Source: Clostridia bacterium (lineage in GTDB: Bacteria > Bacillota > Clostridia > TANB77 > CAG-465). Taken from it: a stretch of 64,000 nt of DNA. Made by a program: the position numbers and the translations under genes. Each line of letters starts with the position of its first letter. Within the stretch, counting starts at the first letter, position 1. Shown piece after piece: positions 30,778 through 41,479 of the stretch. Under the pieces are notes generated by a model. That model saw nothing but the letters and a program-made list of their open reading frames with translations, was not told the DNA's origin and searched no databases. The stretch lies in assembly GCA_045536565.1 (NCBI GenBank), contig JAZSNU010000017.1, positions 34,141 to 98,140 on the forward strand. The letters run 5' to 3'.

Positions 30778-32103
30778 ATGAAAAAAACAAACAAAAGAGG
30801 AATATCATTAATAGTACTTGTTATAACAATAATCGTAATGATAATCCTAGCATCAGCAATTATTCTATCATTATCAAATAGTGGAATAATAGGTAAGGCA
30901 AATCAAGCAAAGAAAGCAAGTGATTTAGCGAATGCCAGAGATCTTGTAACATTAGCATATGCTGATTGGGAATTAGATGAAGGTTTACATTCAACATATG
31001 GTGGAGCATTTAAAGTATACGCAGAAACAAAACTAAATGAGGCAGGATATGAAACAGGAAAGACAGAAGGAGCATTAGAGGTAACGGAAACTGGAAAGAT
31101 ATATGTATATCCAAAAATACCAGAAGGATTTTCAGCATCAACAATATCGACAGAGGATGATGTATCAGAAGGATTAGTTGTAAAAGACAGTTTAGGAAAT
31201 GAGTTCGTTTGGATCCCAGTTGATATGGAAAGAACACCTATGTTCACTAAGGGTGAAGATGGAAATTATACTGCTGTTTTATATGATGGTAATGGTAATA
31301 AAATCACTGGGAATAGAGAGCCAGTTTCAACATCAGCTTTTGACCAAATTCCGCAATTTTATAATTTAATATTAGAACCAGAATATAGAGACATGTCCCC
31401 AGCGCTTCTGGTTGGAATAAGAGCTCAATTCCAAGATGAATATAATTCGATGGCAAAAAGTGTAGAAAAATATGGAGGCTTCTATGTAGGACGTTATGAA
31501 ACAAGTTGGACAGGTACAAAAGTAGCAAGTGTACCTGGAGTCATGCCAATGAATGGAGATTTGCCATTTGAAGACCTTTCTGCTGAACCAAACCAGTATG
31601 ACTGGGAACAAGACAATGCTAAAGATGGAAAAGGTGCAACTTGGTATACATTTTATGGAAAGCAAAAAGAATTATATACTAGAGATTCAAATAGCAGTGT
31701 AGTATCAGGAATGATATATGGAAGTCAATGGGATGCAATAATGAATTGGATGTTAGACGGAACAGAAGACGAAATAAGATATGTAACAGACAGTACTGAT
31801 ATGGGTTGGCATTCAATTTTACTTGAAGATGGAACAACAAAACAGGAAGTTCCAGGTAACCCTGATCATTTAACAGGTTTAGATTTAAATGGTGGAAAAA
31901 ATAAGGTGAAAAATATATATGATATGGCAGGTAACTTATGGGAATGGACTCAAGAATCTGGTGATGGGGTTCATAATAGGATAAATAGGGGTGGACATTA
32001 TGGTAGAACAGCTCTTGAGAAATCAGCATCTGATAAAAGTGATGATATGCCGGTTTGCTCAGCAGCGCGTGGTACTTCTCGTCTACAATTATATATAAAA
32101 TAG
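30778..32103 (+). CDS. Pilin-like protein with C-terminal FGE-sulfatase/C-type-lectin-like domain
   Basis: 'KRG/ISLIVLVITIIVMIILA' N-terminus; NEFVWIPV, GGFYVGRYE, NIYDMAGNLWEW and RGG motifs. Confidence 0.82.
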   Translation: MKKTNKRGISLIVLVITIIVMIILASAIILSLSNSGIIGKANQAKKASDLANARDLVTLAYADWELDEGLHSTYGGAFKVYAETKLNEAGYETGKTEGALEVTETGKIYVYPKIPEGFSASTISTEDDVSEGLVVKDSLGNEFVWIPVDMERTPMFTKGEDGNYTAVLYDGNGNKITGNREPVSTSAFDQIPQFYNLILEPEYRDMSPALLVGIRAQFQDEYNSMAKSVEKYGGFYVGRYETSWTGTKVASVPGVMPMNGDLPFEDLSAEPNQYDWEQDNAKDGKGATWYTFYGKQKELYTRDSNSSVVSGMIYGSQWDAIMNWMLDGTEDEIRYVTDSTDMGWHSILLEDGTTKQEVPGNPDHLTGLDLNGGKNKVKNIYDMAGNLWEWTQESGDGVHNRINRGGHYGRTALEKSASDKSDDMPVCSAARGTSRLQLYIK

Positions 32104-32120
32104 TAAAAAATTATTTATAT

Positions 32121-32156
32121 AAAGTACAAACGGTTAGTGGCCGTTTGTACTTTTTT
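32121..32156 (+). terminator. Intrinsic terminator
   Basis: AAAGTACAAACGG/CCGTTTGTACTTT plus T tract. Confidence 0.85.
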
Positions 32157-32345
32157 AGTAAAAAATATAGGTTTTACTATGATTCTAAAAAAGCAGTTGG
32201 TAAATTGACATTAGTAGTTAAAAGCCACTAGTATTGATTAAATTAATTTTAAGTTATATTTATCGTAGTATATTATTTATACTACTTTTTTCTATTTGAC
32301 ACATATATTTTCAAGTGATATACTAAAACATATATTAAATATGAG

Positions 32346-34409
32346 GTGGAATTATTGTTAGATTTAAATCAAAATATTCAATTTGTAAAAGGAGTAGGAG
32401 AAGTAAGAGCCAGGTTATTAAATAAAATGGGTATCAATACTGTTTATGACCTAATAACATACTATCCAAGAGAATATGAAAATAGAACAAATATAAAAGA
32501 GATAAAAGATTTTGTATTAGGGGAAACAGTACTTTTTAAAGCAACTGTAATGGGGAAAATAACAACTAGGAGAATTAGAAAAAACTTAACTATACATTCT
32601 TTTTATGTTGGTGACGGAACAGGTAATATTAAGATAACAGTATTTAATCAAAACTATTTAAGAAATACTATTCATGAAGGAAACGAGTACGCTTTTTATG
32701 GAAAAGTAGAAGGAAATATTTTAAGACCGGAAATGAACAGTCCAGAAATAGTAGATATTAACAAAATGTATAGCATAAGCGGTATAAGACCAATATACCC
32801 ATTAGTTAAAGGTATAACTAATAACTATATAATTGGCTTAATGAAAAAATATGTAAATGATAAACTAAAATTACAAGAAATCTTTTCTAATGATTTTTTA
32901 TCAAAGTATAAATTAGAAGAAATAAATAAGGCTGTTTGTGGTATTCATTTTCCAGATAGTTACATAGATATTGATACTGCAAGAAGAAGGCATATATTTG
33001 AAGAGCTATATTTTTTAGAACTTGCTCTTATGAGTATAAAAGAAAGCAATATAAAATTAAATGGTATACAGTTTAGTGATGTAGATGTGTCAGAATTTAT
33101 GAAAGAAATACCATTCGAACTTACCAATGCACAGAAAAATTGTTTAGATGAAATATTAAAAGATATGAATTCTGCAAGAGTTATGAATAGATTAGTACAA
33201 GGTGATGTAGGTAGTGGTAAAACAATTATAGCAGCACTAGCTATGTATGTAGCAGTAAAAAATGGTTATCAAGCAGCAATGATGGCACCTACAACTATTT
33301 TAGCATCACAACACTATGATGACTTAAAGAAAATATTTGATAAACTTAATATAAAGGTGGATATAATAACAGGAAAGACAACTAAAAAAGGAAGGAACCA
33401 GATTATAGAAAAACTAAAAAATGGAGATATAGATATATTATTTGGAACTCATGCTATACTTGAAGATAATGTAGAATTTAATAAACTAGGGCTTGTTGTA
33501 ACAGATGAACAACATAGATTTGGTGTAAAACAAAGAATGAAACTTACAAATAAATCAGAAAATGTAGATACACTTGTAATGACAGCAACTCCAATACCTA
33601 GAACACTTGCTCTTACACTATATTCTGATTTGGATATAAGTATAATAGATGAGCTGCCAAAAGGAAGAAAACCAATAAAAACAAATGCTGTGTTTGTAAA
33701 TGAAAATATGGAAAACAGAATCAATCTGTTTATATCAAAACAATTAGATAGTGGCAGGCAAGCATATATTGTATGTCCGCTCATCGAAGAAACAGAGGAT
33801 AGCGACTTAACAGCAGCAACAGAGTTATATGAAATATATAAAAATGATGTATTTAAAAAATATAATGTTGGATTTTTACATGGTAAGATGAAAAATAAAG
33901 AAAAAGACCAAATAATGAACGACTTTAAAGATAAAAAACTAGACCTTCTTATATCTACAACAGTTATAGAGGTAGGAGTTAATGTTCCAAATGCAACAAT
34001 TATGGTTATAGAGGATGCAGATAGATTTGGCTTAGCAGCTTTGCACCAATTAAGAGGAAGAGTAGGAAGAGGCGAGCATGAATCGTTTTGCGTACTTAAA
34101 ACTAGAACAAAATCAAAAACAAGTTTAGATAGATTAAAAATAATGGAAAGTAGTAACAATGGTTTTGTAATAGCAGAAAAAGATTTAGAACTAAGAGGAC
34201 CCGGTGATTTCTTTGGTATAAGGCAACATGGACTTCCTGAATTTAAACTTGCAAATCTTCTTAAAGATATGGATTTACTAAAACTTGCAATAGATGCTGC
34301 AAAAGAAACATTACATGAAGATCCAAAACTGCAAAAAAATGAAAACATATACACAAAAGAACTACTTGAAACTAAATTTGGTGATACATTAAACAGTATA
34401 AATAACTAG
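32346..34409 (+). CDS. recG: ATP-dependent DNA helicase RecG
   Basis: QGDVGSGKT, DEQHRFG, TATPIPR, HQLRGRVGRG and RGPGDFFG motifs. Confidence 0.97.
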   Translation: MELLLDLNQNIQFVKGVGEVRARLLNKMGINTVYDLITYYPREYENRTNIKEIKDFVLGETVLFKATVMGKITTRRIRKNLTIHSFYVGDGTGNIKITVFNQNYLRNTIHEGNEYAFYGKVEGNILRPEMNSPEIVDINKMYSISGIRPIYPLVKGITNNYIIGLMKKYVNDKLKLQEIFSNDFLSKYKLEEINKAVCGIHFPDSYIDIDTARRRHIFEELYFLELALMSIKESNIKLNGIQFSDVDVSEFMKEIPFELTNAQKNCLDEILKDMNSARVMNRLVQGDVGSGKTIIAALAMYVAVKNGYQAAMMAPTTILASQHYDDLKKIFDKLNIKVDIITGKTTKKGRNQIIEKLKNGDIDILFGTHAILEDNVEFNKLGLVVTDEQHRFGVKQRMKLTNKSENVDTLVMTATPIPRTLALTLYSDLDISIIDELPKGRKPIKTNAVFVNENMENRINLFISKQLDSGRQAYIVCPLIEETEDSDLTAATELYEIYKNDVFKKYNVGFLHGKMKNKEKDQIMNDFKDKKLDLLISTTVIEVGVNVPNATIMVIEDADRFGLAALHQLRGRVGRGEHESFCVLKTRTKSKTSLDRLKIMESSNNGFVIAEKDLELRGPGDFFGIRQHGLPEFKLANLLKDMDLLKLAIDAAKETLHEDPKLQKNENIYTKELLETKFGDTLNSINN

Positions 34410-34419
34410 ATAACAGAAT

Positions 34420-34462
34420 TAAATCCTAATCAATAGGAAATAAAACTATTGATTAGGATTTA
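34420..34462. terminator. Bidirectional terminator
   Basis: TAAATCCTAATCAATAG/CTATTGATTAGGATTTA between convergent recG and spoIVB. Confidence 0.85.
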
Positions 34463-34467
34463 TTAAT

Positions 34468-35523
34468 TTACTTGTTTATACTTGCCATATCATTTATCAT
34501 GTTTTCTGCAAATACAGCATAGCCTTGTGTTGGATCGTTATAGAAAACATGAGTTATGGCACCTACAAGTTTGTTATCTTGCACTATTGGACTTCCACTC
34601 ATACCTTGAACTATACCACCTGTTTTTTCTAATAGTTTTTCATCTGTAATTTTTATAACCATATTTTTATTACCAGATGAGTTATATAATATTCTTTCAA
34701 TATTTATTTCAAATTCTTCTACCTTGTTATTTTCTAATGTACAATATATTTTAGCTTTACCCTCTTTAATATCAAGTTTAGATGCTACTTTAATTTCCTC
34801 TTTAATAGTGCACATATCCTCTTCAAGTATTCCATATATACCATATGCAGTATTTTTTATTATCTGCCCTAATACATTAGTATACAATATTCCTTTTATA
34901 TCACCAGGATTTTTGCTTTCTCCTTTTTTTATTTCAGTTATTCTTGTCTTAACAATACCACCAGAATTAATAGGTATTATTATATTATTAGTTGTTTCAG
35001 TTATTCCATGACCAAGGCAAGCAAAACACATATTATTTTTGTCATAAAAAGATACTGTTCCAACACCAGCACTACTATCTTTAACCCATATTCCTAATTC
35101 GTACATGTTAGATAGGTTTGAATAGTTAGCAGTAACTGATATGTTTTTTATTTCGCCATTTCTATCAATTTTTAAATTAATATTTTGACCATTTGATTTT
35201 TGAACTTCGCTTACAAGTTCTGCATTAGAATCTATTGCTACTTTGTTTATTTCTAAAATTATATCTCCAACTGATAACTTAGGCTGCTCATCAGCGCTCA
35301 TAACTAGAACACCAGTTGCTAGTATTTTTATACCAACCGCTTCACCACCTATACATATTTCCATATTATCAAGAGTTTTAGCAAGTTTATTCTCATTTGA
35401 GAAAGCCGCCTTTGATTCAATATATCCAACTAATATATATGAGATTATTAAAAATATTAGTAGAGAAATAAAGGCAATAGTTTTTTTGCTTTTTATATTA
35501 CTTTTTAAATTATCAAAATTCAT
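34468..35523 (-). CDS. spoIVB: SpoIVB peptidase (S55, PDZ)
   Basis: WVKDSSAGVGT, LGHGI and GGIVQGMSGSP motifs. Confidence 0.93.
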   Translation of the reverse strand: MNFDNLKSNIKSKKTIAFISLLIFLIISYILVGYIESKAAFSNENKLAKTLDNMEICIGGEAVGIKILATGVLVMSADEQPKLSVGDIILEINKVAIDSNAELVSEVQKSNGQNINLKIDRNGEIKNISVTANYSNLSNMYELGIWVKDSSAGVGTVSFYDKNNMCFACLGHGITETTNNIIIPINSGGIVKTRITEIKKGESKNPGDIKGILYTNVLGQIIKNTAYGIYGILEEDMCTIKEEIKVASKLDIKEGKAKIYCTLENNKVEEFEINIERILYNSSGNKNMVIKITDEKLLEKTGGIVQGMSGSPIVQDNKLVGAITHVFYNDPTQGYAVFAENMINDMASINK

Positions 35524-35533
35524 CGTTTCTCCT

Positions 35534-35908
35534 TTATATGTTTACACCTATTATTCCACCGATAGCTCCCATTAATGCTGATGTGATAGTATATACAAGA
35601 ACTGTTGCGTTAAAAACCAAAGAAGAGGCAGCAAGCGAAGAAAAAGTATATATAAGTATAAAAAATATTAAGCCAAATATTAGACCGTATAGATAACCTC
35701 TCTTTTTTATTTTTCTATTTAGTAGAATACTTCCTAAAAAAGTAGATATTGCTGCTCCAACAAATATAAGTGTTCCCATCATGTTATCATTAATATTAGT
35801 ATACGCAAGTAATACACCAATTAAACATGTAATTAATATTCCAAGTAAAATTGAAAATATCATAAACTTTGTATATTCTTTTAACATATTCATAAAAGTT
35901 ACCTCCAT
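35534..35908 (-). CDS. Four-TM membrane protein (TIGR04086-like)
   Basis: 'KKRGYLYG' and C-terminal 'GAIGGIIGVN'. Confidence 0.75.
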   Translation of the reverse strand: MEVTFMNMLKEYTKFMIFSILLGILITCLIGVLLAYTNINDNMMGTLIFVGAAISTFLGSILLNRKIKKRGYLYGLIFGLIFFILIYTFSSLAASSLVFNATVLVYTITSALMGAIGGIIGVNI

Positions 35909-36071
35909 ACATTGCTACATTTTATGCAACTAAATATATTTTATGATTGTATAAATTATGTATCGTAAATTGTCTATAAATGTAGTAAAAATTGACATTT
36001 TTAATTAATATGATATAATATTAGAAGATTTAATATGGGTCTAATCAAAATTTTGAAAGGAGAAGATTTAA

Positions 36072-37265
36072 ATGAACACAATATGTCCTAATTTAAATTG
36101 TAAAGTAGAGGCGGTAAGTAATATGAAAAAGGTAAAAATAGATTTGAAAAAAGCGTTGTTTTTAGATGATAAGCAGATAACTGATTACATTTATACAGCT
36201 GCTTTTGAAACAGAAAAGGAAGTGGTTTTGTGCAATCCCAGTCAGATGGGTATTTACAGCAAAATAACAGGAGAAAAATTATATGAATATGAAAGAAATA
36301 TAATTAAATCTTCCGTTTGGGGATCATTTCACAAAAATTGCATTATGGTAGATAGCGGAGATAAGTATTTCTTAGTTAAGTCTGATGGTACAAAAGTATC
36401 TGATAAAGAGTTTGATAATTGTGAAACCATAAGACTGGATATTGGCGAATTCTTTATAGTAACCATTGATGGTAAAAAGGGTATGTATAATTTGGATGTC
36501 GAGGAAATTATTCCTGTAATATATGATGATATATCCATAAAGGAAAGACACTTGGATTTTGCTTTTATATCAAAAAATGGTAAACATGGAATACACGATT
36601 TAAAAGGTAATATTATTATTCCGCCTTTATACGATGACCTCTTTATTCGTGGTAATTTCATAATTGCATGTGATTATGAAAAAAATGTACAATATGTTTA
36701 CTCGCGTGATGGAAAAACACTTGTATACACAGACTATAACGAAGCAGAAATAAGAACTAACAAGTTAGGTATCATGATTGATGATAGCAAGAATAAAACC
36801 TTTTCACTATATTCTCATGATGGAACACCAATTTTAGAGAACTATGAAACAATAATTGTGCATGATTCACCGACTGAGGGCGTGGTTGTTGCCAAAAAGA
36901 ATGGTATGTATGGACTATATGACTATTCAGGGAAAGAGTTATTGCCATGTATTTATAAACTAATCATGTCAATAGGTAGTACTACAAAACCTTCATCCGG
37001 AGTATTAGGTGTATTCGACCTCGCCGGACAAAATGCATTGTATTCTATAAGTGAACAAAAAATTGTTTTACCGTTTGATTGTTATTTAGAAGTTGTTTCA
37101 TATAAAGATAAAATTTGTGAAATAGTTAGAGAAGGCGGTATACATGGTTTCTATTTCTGCGAGTATGATAAGTTTGTAATGGCAGATAATGTGAATATTA
37201 CCAAAACTGGAAGATTCGAATTTTTAAACAATGGTAAATGGACAATGAGAAAATATATAATGTAA
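36072..37265 (+). CDS. WG-repeat-like protein
   Basis: Repeats 'K.G..D..G..IIP..YDD'; own TTGACA-17-TATAAT promoter. Confidence 0.72.
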   Translation: MNTICPNLNCKVEAVSNMKKVKIDLKKALFLDDKQITDYIYTAAFETEKEVVLCNPSQMGIYSKITGEKLYEYERNIIKSSVWGSFHKNCIMVDSGDKYFLVKSDGTKVSDKEFDNCETIRLDIGEFFIVTIDGKKGMYNLDVEEIIPVIYDDISIKERHLDFAFISKNGKHGIHDLKGNIIIPPLYDDLFIRGNFIIACDYEKNVQYVYSRDGKTLVYTDYNEAEIRTNKLGIMIDDSKNKTFSLYSHDGTPILENYETIIVHDSPTEGVVVAKKNGMYGLYDYSGKELLPCIYKLIMSIGSTTKPSSGVLGVFDLAGQNALYSISEQKIVLPFDCYLEVVSYKDKICEIVREGGIHGFYFCEYDKFVMADNVNITKTGRFEFLNNGKWTMRKYIM

Positions 37266-37390
37266 ATACATAAATATTTACAAATTGACAAATTAGTTAT
37301 ATAAATAACTACTAAGGCACTTGAAATAAGTGCCTTTTTGTTATATACTTTTTAGGTAAAAATAATGGAAAAGTTTGGAGGAATATATAA

Positions 37391-37678
37391 ATGAAAATAT
37401 CACAAGAAGAAGTAAAACATATTGCAAGCTTAGCAAGACTAAAATTTACTGATAGTGAAGTTACTAAGTTTACTAATGACTTAGGTAGCATTGTTGAATT
37501 TGCAGAACAGTTAAATGAAATAGATGTAACAGGTGTAAAACCTACTGCTCATATATTAGATATACATAATGTATTTAGAAAAGATGAGACATATGAGTCA
37601 TATGACAGAGAAAAACTATTACAAAATGCACCTACAAAGGCAGCAGGATGTATTAGTGTTCCTCAGGTTGTAGAATAA
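37391..37678 (+). CDS. gatC: Asp/Glu-tRNA amidotransferase subunit C
   Basis: 'EEVKHIASLARL' motif; operon position. Confidence 0.95.
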   Translation: MKISQEEVKHIASLARLKFTDSEVTKFTNDLGSIVEFAEQLNEIDVTGVKPTAHILDIHNVFRKDETYESYDREKLLQNAPTKAAGCISVPQVVE

Positions 37679-37697
37679 GAGTAGGAGGTAAGTAGTA

Positions 37698-39155
37698 ATG
37701 TATGAATTAACACTGCATGAGATAAGAGATAAGATAAAAAACAAAGAAGTTAAAATTATTGATGTTGTAAATGACATATATGATAGAATAGAAAAAGTTG
37801 AACCTAAAATAGAGGCATATGTTTCATTTACAAAAGAAGCTGCTATAAAAAGAGCAGAAGAACTTCAAGAAAGATTAGATAATGGTGAAGATATAGGTGT
37901 TTTAGGTGGTGTACCTATTGCTATAAAAGATAATATTTGTATAGAAGGCACAAAAACAACATGTTCTTCTAAAATGTTAGAAAATTTTGTAGCACCATAT
38001 AACGCAACCGTTATAAATAAACTATTAGATGCAGGTGCAATAATAATTGGTAAAACAAATATGGATGAATTTGCAATGGGTTCTTCAACTGCAACTTCAT
38101 ATTTTAAAAAGACTAAAAATCCTTGGGACTTAGATAGAGTTCCTGGTGGTTCATCGGGTGGTAGCGCAGCTGTTGTATCTTCTGATATGGCATATGCATC
38201 ACTTGGCTCTGATACAGGAGGTTCTATAAGACAACCCGCTTCATATTGTTCGGTAGTTGGTATGAAATCTACTTACGGAACAGTATCAAGATTTGGTCTT
38301 ATAGCATTTGCTTCATCGTTAGATCAAATAGGACCTTTTACAAAAGATGTAGAAGATATGGCAATAATGTTAAATGCTATAACAGGAAAAGATAAAATGG
38401 ATACAACATCAGTAGATATTGAATATCCAGATTATGTAGATGCAATAAATAAAGATGTAAAAGGAATGAAAATTGGTATACCAGTTAAATTTTTAAGCGA
38501 AGGATTAAATAGTGAAGTTAAAACTAAATTTGATGAAGCAATTGAAATATATAAAAATTTAGGAGCAGAAATCAAAGAGATTAATCTTGATTATGCAAAA
38601 TATGCACTTGCAACATATTATATTATTTCAACTGCTGAGGCATCATCTAACCTTGCTAGATTTGATGGAGTAAAATATGGTCATAGAGCAGAAAACTTTG
38701 AAGATTTAATTGATTTATACAAACAGTCTAGAACAGAAGGATTTGGAGAAGAAGTAAAAAGAAGAATAATGCTTGGAACATATGTATTAAGTTCTGGATA
38801 TTATGATGCATATTACAAGAGAGCGCAGCAAGTAAGAACATTAATAGTTGAAGATTTTAAAAACGCTTTCAAAGAAGTTGATGTAGTAGCACTTCCAACA
38901 GCTCCTAATGTATCATTTAAATTTGGTGAGAAAACAAATAATCCACTTGAAATGTATTTAGAGGATATATTCACCGTTCCTGTAAATGTTGCAGGACTTC
39001 CAGGAATTTCTATTCCGTGTGGTTTCTCAGAAACTGAAAAAATGCCGATAGGACTTCAATTAATAGGTAATTTATTTGAAGAAGAAAAATTATTAACAGT
39101 TGCTCATGCGTTTGAAAAAAATACTGAGCATCATAAAGCAAAACCAAATATATAG
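37698..39155 (+). CDS. gatA: Asp/Glu-tRNA amidotransferase subunit A
   Basis: Amidase signature GGSSGGS and [12 protein letters not shown]. Confidence 0.97.
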   Translation: MYELTLHEIRDKIKNKEVKIIDVVNDIYDRIEKVEPKIEAYVSFTKEAAIKRAEELQERLDNGEDIGVLGGVPIAIKDNICIEGTKTTCSSKMLENFVAPYNATVINKLLDAGAIIIGKTNMDEFAMGSSTATSYFKKTKNPWDLDRVPGGSSGGSAAVVSSDMAYASLGSDTGGSIRQPASYCSVVGMKSTYGTVSRFGLIAFASSLDQIGPFTKDVEDMAIMLNAITGKDKMDTTSVDIEYPDYVDAINKDVKGMKIGIPVKFLSEGLNSEVKTKFDEAIEIYKNLGAEIKEINLDYAKYALATYYIISTAEASSNLARFDGVKYGHRAENFEDLIDLYKQSRTEGFGEEVKRRIMLGTYVLSSGYYDAYYKRAQQVRTLIVEDFKNAFKEVDVVALPTAPNVSFKFGEKTNNPLEMYLEDIFTVPVNVAGLPGISIPCGFSETEKMPIGLQLIGNLFEEEKLLTVAHAFEKNTEHHKAKPNI

Positions 39156-39171
39156 AAAGGAAGTACAAATA

Positions 39172-40614
39172 ATGAGAGAAGATTATGAAGTTATAATTGG
39201 ATTAGAAGTTCACGCAGAACTTTCTACAAACACAAAAATATATTGTAATTGTACAACTGAATTTGGAGGAGACCCAAATACTCATTGTTGTCCAATTTGT
39301 ACTGGTATGCCAGGGGTACTTCCAGTTCTTAATGAAAAGGTAGTAGAATATGCAGTTAGAATGGGACTTGCTACAAATTGTGAAATAGCTAGATTTTCAA
39401 AACAAGATAGAAAAAATTATTTCTATCCTGACCTTCCAAAAGCGTTCCAAACTTCTCAATATGATTTGCCACTATGTGAGCATGGTCATGTGAATATAAA
39501 TGTAAATGGAGAAGAAAAAAGAATAGGTATTACTAGAATACATATTGAAGAAGATGCTGGTAAATTAATACATGATGCCTATACAGGTGATACATTAGTT
39601 GATATGAATAGATGTGCAGTTCCTCTTATAGAGATAGTATCAGAGCCTGACATAAGAAGTGCTGATGAAGCAATTGCATATATGCAAGCATTAAAATCTA
39701 CATTAGAATATTTAGAAATATGTGACTGTAAGATGCAAGAAGGTTCTTTAAGATGCGATGTTAACCTTTCAGTAAGAAAGAAAGGTGAAACTAAATTTGG
39801 AACACGAACAGAGACAAAAAACCTTAACTCATTTAAGTCTATAATGAGATCTATTGAATTTGAAATAGATAGACAAATAAAAGAAATAGAAAATGGCGGA
39901 CAAATTTATCAAGAAACAAGAAGATGGGATGACGATAAAGGTATAGGATATGCAATGCGTTCAAAAGAGGATGCACATGATTATAGATATTTCCCAGAGC
40001 CTGACCTTGCGCCAATTATACTAAGTGATGAGTATATAAACAAAATAAAAGCAGAGATTCCTGAAATGCAATATGCAAGAAAGCAAAGATATATGGATGA
40101 ATACGGATTAACTGAATATGATGCAGAACAAATTACTTCATCAAAATATATGGCTGATTTCTTTGAAAAGGCAGAAACAAAGTGTAAAAATGCCAAGATA
40201 GTTGCTAACTGGCTAATGGGTGACATATCAAGAAAAATAAACGATAGTGATATGCAAGACATCCGTGATGTTAAATTTACAGCAGACGATTTAGGAGAAT
40301 TAATTACATTAATAGATAAAGGAACTATATCTTCTGCAATAGCTAAAAAAGTATTTGAAGATATGTTTGAAACTGGTAAAAAACCAGAGAATATAGTTAA
40401 AGAAAAAGGATTAGTTCAAATTACTGATGAAGGAGCTATTAAAGAAATAGTACTTCAAGTAATAGCTGAAAATCCACAATCAGTTGCAGATTACAAAGCT
40501 GGAAAAGATAAAGCAGTTGGATTTATTGTAGGGCAAGTAATGAAAGCATCAAAAGGAAAAGCAAATCCAGGAATTGTTAATAAGTTAATTATTGAAGAAT
40601 TAAAAAATATGTAA
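39172..40614 (+). CDS. gatB: Asp/Glu-tRNA amidotransferase subunit B
   Basis: IGLEVHAEL, RKNYFYPD and YRYFPEPDL motifs; RBS before ATG 39172. Confidence 0.97.
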   Translation: MREDYEVIIGLEVHAELSTNTKIYCNCTTEFGGDPNTHCCPICTGMPGVLPVLNEKVVEYAVRMGLATNCEIARFSKQDRKNYFYPDLPKAFQTSQYDLPLCEHGHVNINVNGEEKRIGITRIHIEEDAGKLIHDAYTGDTLVDMNRCAVPLIEIVSEPDIRSADEAIAYMQALKSTLEYLEICDCKMQEGSLRCDVNLSVRKKGETKFGTRTETKNLNSFKSIMRSIEFEIDRQIKEIENGGQIYQETRRWDDDKGIGYAMRSKEDAHDYRYFPEPDLAPIILSDEYINKIKAEIPEMQYARKQRYMDEYGLTEYDAEQITSSKYMADFFEKAETKCKNAKIVANWLMGDISRKINDSDMQDIRDVKFTADDLGELITLIDKGTISSAIAKKVFEDMFETGKKPENIVKEKGLVQITDEGAIKEIVLQVIAENPQSVADYKAGKDKAVGFIVGQVMKASKGKANPGIVNKLIIEELKNM

Positions 40615-40744
40615 TAAAGTAAAACCTACTTCTAAAATGGAGTAGGTTTTATTGTATTTGTTGACTTTGAGGTGACCGGGTGATATAATACACAACATAA
40701 AAAATATATTGTAACTAAAAAATAATTTTTGAGGGGGAAGTTTT

Positions 40745-41032
40745 ATGAGTATAATTAAAAAGATAAAAGAAAAATTAATAAATAATCTTATGACTATTTT
40801 TGCATACACGGTTTGTATATTATATGTTTTAGATTTATTTTTTCCGGTAGTTACAATAATTAAAAGAATTTATATGTTTTTAGTGAAAGAGCAAGAATTA
40901 ATTTGTGTTATATTTGCAGCTATTGTAACAGCAGCAGGTATAATGTCACTTGCTATCCTAGGAGCATTGTATGATTATGATAAGGAGGAAAGATTAAATA
41001 AATACAAAAAATTATACAATATTAAATACTGA
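40745..41032 (+). CDS. Hypothetical small membrane protein
   Basis: GAGGGG RBS; two hydrophobic segments. Confidence 0.6.
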   Translation: MSIIKKIKEKLINNLMTIFAYTVCILYVLDLFFPVVTIIKRIYMFLVKEQELICVIFAAIVTAAGIMSLAILGALYDYDKEERLNKYKKLYNIKY

Positions 41033-41045
41033 AAGGAGTAAAAAT

Positions 41046-41465
41046 ATGAAAAAGATAATTCTTTTAATAACACTTGTTATATTATGTGTTGTTCTTACAG
41101 CATGTACAAGTACGCATGATCTTAATTTAAGTATGTCTTACAATTATGAAACTCAAAATTGTACTGTTGAAAACATTGATGGCAGAGAGTATGAGGATAT
41201 TGTAGTAAATATCTATCTAAAAGGAAAAGATGGTTTTGTGAAAAATGTAGAACAAAACATTGGGGATTTAAAAGAAGGCGAAAAAACTTCGTTTAAAATA
41301 TCTGGTATAAGCGAAGAAACACAAATCGAAAATGTAGTACTAGAAAGTTTTGACTACTATGTTAATCCATGGGCTGATATAATATTACCATTTCTTATAG
41401 CGTTTGGAATAGCAATTGCTATCATAGCTATTCTAGTTATAGTTATAATTTTATTTGACAGCTAA
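41046..41465 (+). CDS. Hypothetical lipoprotein with C-terminal TM
   Basis: Lipobox LTAC; AAGGAG RBS. Confidence 0.7.
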   Translation: MKKIILLITLVILCVVLTACTSTHDLNLSMSYNYETQNCTVENIDGREYEDIVVNIYLKGKDGFVKNVEQNIGDLKEGEKTSFKISGISEETQIENVVLESFDYYVNPWADIILPFLIAFGIAIAIIAILVIVIILFDS

Positions 41466-41479
41466 AAATAAAAACAGGG

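Noticed and set aside
31900-32345. Local DGR cassette
   Set aside because: No reverse transcriptase or template repeat seen in the window
33449-34354. Long antisense ORFs (also 22114-22803, 11315-11830, 59721-60320 and similar)
   Set aside because: Shadows of well-supported sense genes with Ser/Phe/Leu-rich composition and no RBS
39100-39171. Extended starts for gatB (also RelE 9719, spoVG 43405, VanW 52194, 47541)
   Set aside because: Better RBS-linked starts lie downstream; the extensions overlap other genes or promoters
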